Below are positions 1 to 8,883 of a stretch of DNA of 11,751 bases, piece after piece. Source of the stretch: a bacterium (GTDB lineage Bacteria > Eisenbacteria > RBG-16-71-46); the NCBI GenBank assembly GCA_043779265.1, contig JAYWEM010000054.1:1-11751 (forward strand), given 5' to 3'. Under the pieces are notes generated by a model. The model ran no database searches, was not told the origin of the DNA, and was given only the letters and a program-made list of their open reading frames with translations. The position numbers and the translations under genes are program-made. Every line of letters begins with the position of its first letter. Position 1 is the first letter of the stretch.

Positions 1-104
1 CCTCGGTCCAGCCACACACCCCGACACTCTGGGCAGTAATCGATCTCGATGCCCTCTCTCTCTGCGATGACAAGCACCGGATCCTTGCATGCCGGGCACT
101 TCAT
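1..104 (-). CDS. zf-TFIIB-type Zn-ribbon domain protein (5' part; runs off the left edge)
   Basis: Not in the ORF track. Manual translation from ATG at 104: MKCPACKDPVLVIAEREGIEIDYCPECRGVWLDR, with two CxxC pairs and the family-typical EIDYCPxCxGVWLD motif. GGAGGT Shine-Dalgarno at 111-116. Confidence 0.88.
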   Translation of the reverse strand, partial: MKCPACKDPVLVIAEREGIEIDYCPECRGVWLDR

Positions 105-160
105 TCGTTCACCTCCGTGACGGTGGGGCTGCGTGACTCTGTCGATGCGCTGGCCGCCGC

Positions 161-189
161 AAGTTACACCGGGCGCCTCGATGGGTCGA
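161..189 (-). promoter_or_regulatory. Possible sigma70-type promoter for the Zn-ribbon gene
   Basis: Minus strand TCGACC-N17-TAACTT (-35 at 184-189, -10 at 161-166), about 55 nt upstream of the ATG. Motif match only. Confidence 0.3.
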
Positions 190-252
190 AGCGGGGCTCT
201 CGGCGCGACCTGGGCATACCGGCCTGGCCGCCGCCGACCATGCCGACTCCGA

Positions 253-450
253 TCACGGGACCCGCGTTGCGACGAAGTCGGTGAACATCGAGCGCACGTG
301 CATGCGGCGCGTGTCGGCGTCGCAGCTGAAGCCGATGAAGTAGTCGAGTCCGGGTATGTAGAAGGCATCGGGTGCGACGTGGAAGAGGTCGAACGAGAGG
401 CCGTCCCCCACCTGCATGCGCAGGCCGTCCGCCGAGTGGGTCACGGTGAT
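253..450 (-). pseudogene. Detached C-terminal domain of the serine hydrolase, in frame beyond a TAG at 451-453
   Basis: Same frame as the upstream ORF: ...GRYAAIGGD*ITVTHSADGLRMQVGDGLSFDLFHVAPDAFYIPGLDYFIGF... It aligns with the uninterrupted C-terminus of the paralog ending at 11104 (YDAFRIERGVHYVPGLDAYLRF). Confidence 0.75.
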
Positions 451-1638
451 CTAGTCGCCGCCGATGGCGGCATAGCGTCCCGCGAGCGTGCCCCGTTGGC
501 GCTTGCTCACGGACACGAACGCCGGTCGTGGCGCCCGGTCGGGTTCGCGTCCCTCGAGCACCGCCACGAGGTCTCGCTGGAAGCTGATCAACGTCCAGGG
601 CGCGAGGTCGCTGTTGCTGATCATCGCGACCGCCTCGCCGCGCACGCGATCCCAATAGGCGATGCTGTGGAAGGCATTGATCGCGCCCGAGTACTGACAG
701 CGCGCGCCCGAGTCGTCGCAGTACCAGCTGAGGCCGGTGATCGGCGAAGGTCGGCCGTCGACGATCGGGCGGGCCTGCCCGAGCTTCCAGACGGCGGGCG
801 GTAGCGCGGTGCCGACCGCATGTGCGCCCGCCCAGCGCGCGAGGTCCAGCGCGGAGAAGTAGACGTTCGAGCCACCGATGAACGCCTCGTTGTCGAATAC
901 GTCGTGCACCACCCACGCGGTGTCGGCCCAGCGATGCCCCAACGTGCGCGGTCCGGGGAAGTCGGCGAGCCGCCCTGGCCGCGCGAAGGCCGAGTCCATG
1001 GCGAGCGGAGCGAAGAACCGCTCGCGGAAGAAGTCCGCAATCGGCTGACCGGTGACGCGCTCGACCACGAGCGCCGCCACGTCGAAGCCGAGGTTCGAGT
1101 ACTCGAAACGCGTACCGGGAGCGAAACGCGGACGCGGCATCACGCGACGGACCACCGCGAGCAGCCGTTCCGTCGTGCGCACCTCGTGCGGTTCGAAGTG
1201 CGGGTCGAACTGCTCGTAGTAGGGAGTGAGCCCGTTCGGGTGTGCGATCGACTGGCGCACCGTCGTCCGCTTGTGAGGGAACTCGCGCACGTAGTCGGTC
1301 ACCGGTGCGTCGATCGCGATCCGCCCCTCGTGCACGAGCGTCCACACGGCGGCTGCGGTGAGCGTCTTGGCGAGCGAGCCCCCGTCGGCGGGCGTGTCGG
1401 GCGTGAAGGCACGGCCGGCCGCGACGTCCGCCGATCCCACGCCCTGCGCGTACACGATCTGGCCGCCGCGCACGAACGCCACCGCGCCCATGAACTCATG
1501 CGCAGCGACCAGCGGCGCGAGGACCGCGTCCACGCGCACCGAGTCGACGGCGGACCAACCGGCACCTGTGGCAGGCGCACCACTGGCGCTTCGGCAGGCC
1601 AGCAGAAGGATCAGAGTACTGATGAGGCGCGCGCGCAA
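451..1638 (-). CDS. Serine hydrolase, beta-lactamase/AmpC-like family, probably secreted; truncated by a premature TAG
   Basis: SxxK (GSLAKT) and YxN (FEYSNLGF) motifs and a typical FMGAVAFVRGGQIVYAQGVG N-terminal strand. Signal-peptide-like LRARLISTLILLLACRSASGA follows TTG at 1638. The start is uncertain; the track's 1746 start overlaps the VOC gene. Confidence 0.85.
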   Translation of the reverse strand: MRARLISTLILLLACRSASGAPATGAGWSAVDSVRVDAVLAPLVAAHEFMGAVAFVRGGQIVYAQGVGSADVAAGRAFTPDTPADGGSLAKTLTAAAVWTLVHEGRIAIDAPVTDYVREFPHKRTTVRQSIAHPNGLTPYYEQFDPHFEPHEVRTTERLLAVVRRVMPRPRFAPGTRFEYSNLGFDVAALVVERVTGQPIADFFRERFFAPLAMDSAFARPGRLADFPGPRTLGHRWADTAWVVHDVFDNEAFIGGSNVYFSALDLARWAGAHAVGTALPPAVWKLGQARPIVDGRPSPITGLSWYCDDSGARCQYSGAINAFHSIAYWDRVRGEAVAMISNSDLAPWTLISFQRDLVAVLEGREPDRAPRPAFVSVSKRQRGTLAGRYAAIGGD

Positions 1639-1678
1639 TCCCTGGAACTTACGGTGCGCGCCTGCTCGGCGCCATCCG

Positions 1679-2122
1679 CTATTCGCGCGCCGAGCGATCA
1701 CTTGCGCGCTGACCCAGCGACCGCGCGAACCGCAGCAGGTAGCCATCGGGATCCTGGACCAGGAACTCGCGTTGACCTTCCTCTAGAGCGGGCGACACTT
1801 CGTACCAAGTGTCCTTCGGCTCGCGAAACAGCGGAGCTGCGATCGAGTCCAGTCCGGCAAGACATGCCTCCATGCTGGGCACTTCGATCTGAAGATGGAT
1901 CCCGCGACCCAGGGGCCGGTCCAGGGGTTCGATGTTCCACCCCGACGCGTGCTCCTGCTCGAGCATGATCTGCGCCCGCCCGAGCTCGACGTACGCGAAG
2001 GGCGGCTCGCTCCGTTGGAAGCGGACACCGAAACCCGCTGCGCGATAGAAGCGCAGCGAGACTTCGAGTGACGCAACAGTGAGCTCGGGGACAAGTGGGT
2101 TCCAGTACGGGGCGTCTTCCAT
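1679..2122 (-). CDS. VOC family protein (glyoxalase/bleomycin resistance-like), 147 aa
   Basis: WNPLVPELTVASLEVSLRFY...PLGRGIHLQIEV...GQREFLVQDPDGYLLRF. Probable ATG at 2122 preceded by GAAGG. Confidence 0.9.
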   Translation of the reverse strand: MEDAPYWNPLVPELTVASLEVSLRFYRAAGFGVRFQRSEPPFAYVELGRAQIMLEQEHASGWNIEPLDRPLGRGIHLQIEVPSMEACLAGLDSIAAPLFREPKDTWYEVSPALEEGQREFLVQDPDGYLLRFARSLGQRASDRSARE

Positions 2123-2223
2123 TCCCAGCCTTCGATCACATGGTGAACGCGATGCGCCTTGCGAGTGGTACGGAATCCTCCGTCGCGTGCGTCTTGGCAC
2201 GTTACTCGGTCGGAGTCCGCGGG

Positions 2224-2232
2224 TGCTACCTT
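2224..2232 (+). promoter_or_regulatory. Possible extended -10 element for the plus-strand VOC gene
   Basis: TGcTACCTT (TGnTAnnnT) about 40 nt upstream of ATG 2273 in a divergent intergenic region. No convincing -35. Confidence 0.25.
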
Positions 2233-2272
2233 AGGCCGTCACGCTCCACTCACTCCCGCCCTCGAGGATGAC

Positions 2273-2683
2273 ATGACCCAAGCGACTGCAGTGATCAACG
2301 CGACCAGCCTGAGCGGCTCCATCACCTGCAAGGACCTCGACGCCTCGATTCGCTGGTACCGCGACGTCGTCGGGTTCGGGGTGGCCGAGACGTACGAGCA
2401 CGAGGGCAAGGTCGTCGCCGCGGTCATCTCGGCGGGCGCCATCCGGATCGTCCTCAACCAGGACGACGGCGCGCTCGGCTGGGACCGGATCAAGGGACAG
2501 GGTTTCTACGTGCAGTTCAACGTGGCGACTCCCGCGGATGTCGATTCCACCGCGGCACGGATCAAGGCTTCTGGATGGGCACTCGTCGATGAGCCGGCCG
2601 ATCGACCGTGGGGCGTGCGCATGTTCAAGTTCAAGGATCCGGACGGGTTCAATCTCGGTGTGTCCACGCCACTGAAGGGATGA
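2273..2683 (+). CDS. VOC family protein, 136 aa
   Basis: ITCKDLDASIRWYRDVVGF...EPADRPWGVRMFKFKDPDGFNL. GAGGA Shine-Dalgarno at 2264-2268 before ATG 2273. The only convincing plus-strand gene in the window. Confidence 0.92.
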   Translation: MTQATAVINATSLSGSITCKDLDASIRWYRDVVGFGVAETYEHEGKVVAAVISAGAIRIVLNQDDGALGWDRIKGQGFYVQFNVATPADVDSTAARIKASGWALVDEPADRPWGVRMFKFKDPDGFNLGVSTPLKG

Positions 2684-2718
2684 CGTCCGCAGGGGCGCTT
2701 CGTCCATTGCCCCAGTCG

Positions 2719-2778
2719 GTCCGACGTGAGGTTGCAGCGGCGGCGCAGAGCGCCGTCCGCTGCAACCGATCGTCGGGC
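2719..2778 (-). repeat. attC-like (59-base-element-like) imperfect palindrome with a variant core; may also act as a hairpin between convergent genes
   Basis: Minus strand GCCCGAC-GATC-GGTTGCAGCGG-A-CGGCGC-TCT-GCGCCG-CCGCTGCAACC-TCAC-GTCGGAC: 60 bp, paired outer boxes, unpaired spacers, long inner stem with one bulged base (2757). Begins about 20 nt after the stop of 2798..3079. Confidence 0.6.
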
Positions 2779-2797
2779 GGTTCGACTGGCGGCGCTG

Positions 2798-3079
2798 CTA
2801 CGGAGTGAACTCGACCAACATCCGCATGGTCTCGACGTTCAGGCCGTCCTCCTGCATCGCCTTCTGGCCCTCCTCGGACTGCAGCAGCGCCTCGAACTTC
2901 GACATGTCGGAGATCTCCGCCATGACGCCCGTCGAGTTCGGGTTGTTCGGGTCGCGGAAGTTGCGACACTTGATCCCGATCTTGCAGAACATCTCGTGAC
3001 GGCTGCCAGGTCCCTGCTTCCAGGCCTTGGCCCAGGCTGCGCCATCCTTCACTTCGTGGAAGATGGTCGCGACGGTCAT
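2798..3079 (-). CDS. Small hypothetical protein, likely dimeric alpha/beta-barrel (DUF3764/cyclase-like), 93 aa
   Basis: Natural-looking sequence (HEVKDGAAWAKAW...FRDPNNPN...FEALLQSEEGQKAMQEDG) with GC3-rich codons and GGGAGA upstream of the ATG. The fold is inferred. Confidence 0.8.
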   Translation of the reverse strand: MTVATIFHEVKDGAAWAKAWKQGPGSRHEMFCKIGIKCRNFRDPNNPNSTGVMAEISDMSKFEALLQSEEGQKAMQEDGLNVETMRMLVEFTP

Positions 3080-3226
3080 GGTGGTTGTCTCCCGTTCATG
3101 TCTTGAGGGTTGTCATCCCGTGAGCGACTGCGCCGCAACGCACGACGCTCAGCGGTCGAGGTGTCTCACATCCTCGACACGAACGCAGCACAGGCCAGCG
3201 GAGGCGCGAGACCACGCCGCGACGAG

Positions 3227-3655
3227 TCATGTGACGACTCGTTCCCACGCGGCGATCGCCCCGGGGCGAACGCGGAACATGGGATGCGCCGCGCATCGCT
3301 GGGGCAGTCGACGCCCGAGTTCGGGCGAGCGAACCAGCAGCTTCTGCCTGAGGTGCGCGGCCTCGAACTCCAGCTGGCCGGAGGCGACCCACAACCGGTG
3401 CCGAGTGCCGCGCCGCTGGATCTTCTCGGCGGCGAATCGGTACTCGCGGCGCGTCGCCTCGTCCAGCACGCGCGTCAGGTAGGCACCGATGGTCGCACTC
3501 GGGTCGCTCGCCGCTCGGAAGCGCTCCAACTGAGGGTGATGCTGGTAGCCCTTCGTGCGGCCCAGCAGGACCGCCTGCGCCAGCAACGCCTCGCGCCAGA
3601 GCGCGACCAGGCCCCGGGAGTCGAGGTACTTGGGATGGATCGACCAGAGTCGCAT
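3227..3655 (-). CDS. Pyrimidine dimer DNA glycosylase / endonuclease V family protein
   Basis: Signature N-terminus MRLWSIHPKYLDSRGLVALWREALLAQAVLLGRTKGYQHHPQLERF and C-terminal HPMFRVRPGAIAAWER. Confidence 0.93.
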   Translation of the reverse strand: MRLWSIHPKYLDSRGLVALWREALLAQAVLLGRTKGYQHHPQLERFRAASDPSATIGAYLTRVLDEATRREYRFAAEKIQRRGTRHRLWVASGQLEFEAAHLRQKLLVRSPELGRRLPQRCAAHPMFRVRPGAIAAWERVVT

Positions 3656-3725
3656 GGCGTGGAGTCCCGAGATCGAAGGTGACAGCCTGCCGGTCGACGG
3701 GTCCTGGGCCGAGGCCTACGCCGCT

Positions 3726-3812
3726 CGCGACTCGGTCGCCGTGGATCCGATCGTGCCGGCGCTCGAGGGCGGTTCCCACACCGTGCGGGGCGGCGACGGG
3801 TACCGAGTCGCG
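3726..3812. repeat. Inverted repeat immediately downstream of the YciI-like gene
   Basis: CGCGACTCGGT (3726-3736) / ACCGAGTCGCG (3802-3812) is a perfect 11-bp pair. An inner GTCGCCG (3735-3741) / CGGCGAC (3791-3797) pair is also present. Confidence 0.5.
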
Positions 3813-3814
3813 CG

Positions 3815-4234
3815 CTACGGGCGGCGGCGCTTGGCTTCGACCGCACCCGCGTAGAAGACATTGAACTCGTGCAGTTCGTAGGCGAAGACACGATTCTGAA
3901 CCGAGGAATCCTGCTGCATCATCGCATGGGCATCCTGCTCGGTCGCAGCACGCAGGACCACGAAGCCCTTGTCCGAGTACCTCGCACCGAGTACGAGGTT
4001 GCCTCCATCGCGCAACCGCTTGAGGTTCGATGAGTGCTCGCGGAAGTACGGCTGTTCGTTCTTCGACTTCGTCGTGTCCCAGGCCGCACCCGTCTTGATC
4101 TCGACGGCGTACAGGTTGCCGACGGGCTCGGCCTTCGGCGCGATGGCTGGGGTCTCGGCGCGGGGAACTGAGGACGCTAGCGTCCCGATCACAGCACAAC
4201 CGACAAGCAGGGCGAAGAGTTTCGCGATCCTCAT
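3815..4234 (-). CDS. YciI-like protein with N-terminal signal peptide, 139 aa
   Basis: ATG at 4234 with GGAGG at 4239-4243. Hydrophobic leader MRIAKLFALLVGCAVIG, then a YciI-like pattern EH..NLKRLRDGGNLVLGAR...GFVVLRAATEQDAHAMMQQD.SV..VFAYELHEF. Confidence 0.8.
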   Translation of the reverse strand: MRIAKLFALLVGCAVIGTLASSVPRAETPAIAPKAEPVGNLYAVEIKTGAAWDTTKSKNEQPYFREHSSNLKRLRDGGNLVLGARYSDKGFVVLRAATEQDAHAMMQQDSSVQNRVFAYELHEFNVFYAGAVEAKRRRP

Positions 4235-4328
4235 GGGGCCTCCGACGGCGAGGACGAATGTGCGCCCAATCTGCGTCCGGGTCTTTCCGGGACAAGGCGG
4301 TAGGCGAGGTCGAGTAGTTGGAATGCGA

Positions 4329-4505
4329 CTCGACGATACTCCAGTACGACTCCTAGCAGATGACCTTCCCGCCCCGGAACTCGCAGTGATCACAGCCCTG
4401 CACTTCCAGCTTGCGGCCCTCTCGAGTCGTACCCGTCAGCAACCACTCGGTCGCGCCCATGCTGCCCGAGACCCAGTGCCGCTCGGCGCCGTAGTCCACA
4501 TCGGG
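4329..4505 (-). pseudogene. C-terminal fragment of a SnoaL-like / NTF2-family protein with an internal TAG
   Basis: Manual translation PDVDYGAERHWVSGSMGATEWLLTGTTREGRKLEVQGCDHCEFRGGKVIC*ESYWSIVE matches the recalled family C-terminus (PDVHY..RHWV.G..G.SEW.LTGT...V.GCD..EFR.GKV.RKDSYWKIVE). TAG at 4353-4355; N-terminal half absent. Confidence 0.75.
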
Positions 4506-4535
4506 ATCGGTTTCACTCGTTCTCAAGTTGATGGC

Positions 4536-4556
4536 TAGCCTGGCGAGGCCAGGCTA
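4536..4556 (-). terminator. GC-rich hairpin overlapping the stop of the 88-aa gene (terminator-like, no clear U-tract)
   Basis: TAGCCTGGC-GAG-GCCAGGCTA: perfect 9-bp stem with a 3-nt loop. Confidence 0.4.
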
Positions 4557-4820
4557 CGACGCTTCGTTCTCGATGCGATTACACTCGATCTCGAAGTCCG
4601 ACACCACGGATTCCAGCGCGTCATGAAAAGCGTTCTGATGGGTGAGCAGTTTCTCGACTCCGCTCGCAGCTTCTTTCTGCTTCAGGTCTTCGCCGAGTAG
4701 GAGCCACAACTCCCCGAGCTTCTCGATGTTGGTCTTCGAGTAGTGCTGCATGTCCTTGAGCTGGGAAATGACGTCTCTCGATCTCTCCAGATCTGTTTTC
4801 TCATTCGCTTGATCGGACAT
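4554..4820 (-). CDS. Hypothetical acidic alpha-helical protein, 88 aa
   Basis: Strong GAGGAG Shine-Dalgarno, heptad-like amphipathic composition, and visibly lower GC than the neighbours (31/60 GC counted at 4621-4680). Confidence 0.8.
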   Translation of the reverse strand: MSDQANEKTDLERSRDVISQLKDMQHYSKTNIEKLGELWLLLGEDLKQKEAASGVEKLLTHQNAFHDALESVVSDFEIECNRIENEAS

Positions 4821-4876
4821 GTTCGTCTCCTCGCGTTGATGGATTCATGTAGCTCATGGAGTCGACGTGTACATGA

Positions 4877-7117
<2,241 letters not shown>

Positions 7118-7134
7118 TCAGGATCGTCCCGTCC

Positions 7135-7163
7135 AATCTGAGCGAACGGTGCTCGCGAGGCAA
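7135..7163 (-). promoter_or_regulatory. Possible sigma70-type promoter for katG
   Basis: Minus strand TTGCCT-N17-CAGATT directly after the EamA stop codon. Motif match only. Confidence 0.25.
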
Positions 7164-8045
7164 TCAGACCTCCGGGCGGGCGCCGCGTGTGGCGCCCGCC
7201 GATGCGACCACCACGCACAGCACCGCGATCCACTGCGTCCAATGCAGCGACTCCTGGAGCAGCACGAGGCCGATCAGCGCCGCCACCGCGGGCTCGAGGC
7301 CCATCAGGACGCCGAACACGCGAGGCGGCATCCGGCGCAGTGCTTCCAGTTCCAGCGAGTACGGGATCACCGACGACAAGAGCGCCACACCGAGGCCCAT
7401 GGCCAGCAAGCGCGGCTCGATCAGAGCCGCTCCGACTTCGGCCACGCCGAAGGGCACCGCCACCAGTGCCGCGACGGCCATGCCCAACGCCAGACCATTG
7501 CCGTGCGTGGTGTGCCGTCCGAGCGCCGCGCTGACGAGGATGTACAGGCCCCAGAACGTCCCGGCGGCGAGCGCGAACAGGAAGCCGACCAGGTTGACGC
7601 TGCCGCCTCCCTTCATCAGCAGCACGACGCCGGCTGCTGCGAGCAGCGCCCAGAACGCGTCCAGCCAACGCCTCGATCCGGCCAGGGCAACCGCCAGAGG
7701 ACCCAGGAACTCGATGGTCACCGCGATCCCCAGAGGGATCCGGGCAAGCGCCAGGTAGAAGCACAGGTTCATGAGGCCGAGCGTCACGCCGTAAGCGAGC
7801 ACGACCGTCCACGTGCGCCGATCGAGGCGCAGCGAGGGCCGCCACAACAGCATCAGCACCGCCGCCGCGAAGAACAGTCGCAGGGCCACCGCCCCGAGAC
7901 TGCCGACCTCGCTGAACAGGTGCTTGGCCATTGCCGAGCCCACCTGCACGCTGACGATGCCGAGCAGCACCAGCGTCGTGGGCGGGAACGCGCTGAGGGA
8001 GCGTCGGGCGCGCGTGGTCGGTTCGGAGCGGCCGCCTCGGCTCAT
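7164..8045 (-). CDS. EamA/DMT family transporter, RhtA-like (threonine/homoserine exporter family), 293 aa
   Basis: SVQVGSAMAKHLF, MNLCFYLALARIPLGIAVTIEFLGPLAVA and LLSSVIPYSLELEALRRMP...FGVLMGLEPAVAA are RhtA-family motifs. ATG at 8045 overlaps the upstream TGA (ATGA). Confidence 0.92.
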   Translation of the reverse strand: MSRGGRSEPTTRARRSLSAFPPTTLVLLGIVSVQVGSAMAKHLFSEVGSLGAVALRLFFAAAVLMLLWRPSLRLDRRTWTVVLAYGVTLGLMNLCFYLALARIPLGIAVTIEFLGPLAVALAGSRRWLDAFWALLAAAGVVLLMKGGGSVNLVGFLFALAAGTFWGLYILVSAALGRHTTHGNGLALGMAVAALVAVPFGVAEVGAALIEPRLLAMGLGVALLSSVIPYSLELEALRRMPPRVFGVLMGLEPAVAALIGLVLLQESLHWTQWIAVLCVVVASAGATRGARPEV

Positions 8046-8860
8046 CTCGCCACGATCAGCTTGGCCAGGACGCCGAAGTGATCCGAGGCCCACACGCTGT
8101 CGGGCGCCGCGGACCGGAACAGGATCTCGCTGGCGACCGGCTTCAGACGACGCGCCGCCTCGCGTTCCACGAAGATGTGGTCGATCGCGCCGATGTCCCC
8201 ACCGAAGACCGGGTTGTACGTGGCGGCCTCGGCGCGACTCGCGTCGGGGTGGACGGCGTGGAACGCGTCGAGGTGGCGCGCGGTCATCAGGTCCAGCTCC
8301 GGGCTCCCCAGCTCGCCATTGAAGTCGCCGGCGATCACCACCTGTCCCTTGCCTCGTGTCGAATCCACATAGGCGAGCAGATGACGGATCTGCGTGGCGC
8401 GGATCGCCCCGCCCTCGGCCGTGTGATGCAGGTGCGTCGAGTAGGCGTCGATCGAGCGTCCACGCCAGTCGAAGCGCACATGGGCCATCGCACGGTAGTC
8501 GTCGATGGGCTCGAGGTTGCGCGCGCCCCGCACTCGCACGCGATGCGGCGTCAGGATCGCGTTGCCATAGCGCTTGTCTCGCTCGGGCCCGTCGACCGAG
8601 GCGAACTGCACGTGGCAGCCGAGGCTGTCGCCGAGCGTCTCAGCCTGGTTGCGCAGCGTCGGGTGCTGGAGCACCTCCTGCAGGCAGATCACGTCGGGGC
8701 GCACGCGGCGCAGCTCGGCCACGATCCCTTCCAGCCGCTTCGGCCAGTGGTGCTGATCGTGCCAGAGGTTCAGCGTGACCACCGTGAGCGTGTCCGCCGC
8801 GTGAGTGACCCGCGGGAAGGCAAGCGCGCTCAGGGTGATCGCGATGAGTAGGACTCGCAT
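8042..8860 (-). CDS. Secreted endonuclease/exonuclease/phosphatase (EEP) family protein, 272 aa
   Basis: Motifs TLNLW, PDVICLQEV, YGNAILT, STHL, IAGDFN, IDHIF and SDH. Signal peptide MRVLLIAITLSALAFPRVTHA. GGGAG upstream of ATG 8860. Confidence 0.93.
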   Translation of the reverse strand: MRVLLIAITLSALAFPRVTHAADTLTVVTLNLWHDQHHWPKRLEGIVAELRRVRPDVICLQEVLQHPTLRNQAETLGDSLGCHVQFASVDGPERDKRYGNAILTPHRVRVRGARNLEPIDDYRAMAHVRFDWRGRSIDAYSTHLHHTAEGGAIRATQIRHLLAYVDSTRGKGQVVIAGDFNGELGSPELDLMTARHLDAFHAVHPDASRAEAATYNPVFGGDIGAIDHIFVEREAARRLKPVASEILFRSAAPDSVWASDHFGVLAKLIVAR

Positions 8861-8883
8861 CAGCCACTCCCGGCCGCCTCGGC

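Noticed and set aside
451..1638. Calling the serine hydrolase a true beta-lactamase resistance gene
   Set aside because: SxxK and YxN are shared by many esterases and peptidases of this fold, the KTG triad is not conserved, and the substrate cannot be inferred.
133..1968. Long alternative-frame ORFs (133..804, 164..1345, 820..1968), and likewise 3096..4295, 7149..8081, 8992..10047 and 10313..11206
   Set aside because: Arg/Ala/Gly/Pro-rich or antisense translations overlapping well-supported genes, typical of high-GC DNA.
2194..2210. Sigma54 promoter at TTGGCACG
   Set aside because: A -24-like box is present but the -12 TTGC is missing at the required spacing.
451..4355. Genome-wide amber recoding (pyrrolysine or alternative code) suggested by two in-frame TAGs
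   Set aside because: TAG ends several genes at plausible C-termini (1679, 2798, 3815, 4554), no pyl genes or suppressor tRNA are in view, and the SnoaL fragment is otherwise degraded.
4554..4820. WXG100/ESAT-6-like identity for the 88-aa helical protein
   Set aside because: The size fits, but there is no central W-x-G motif and no type VII secretion genes nearby.
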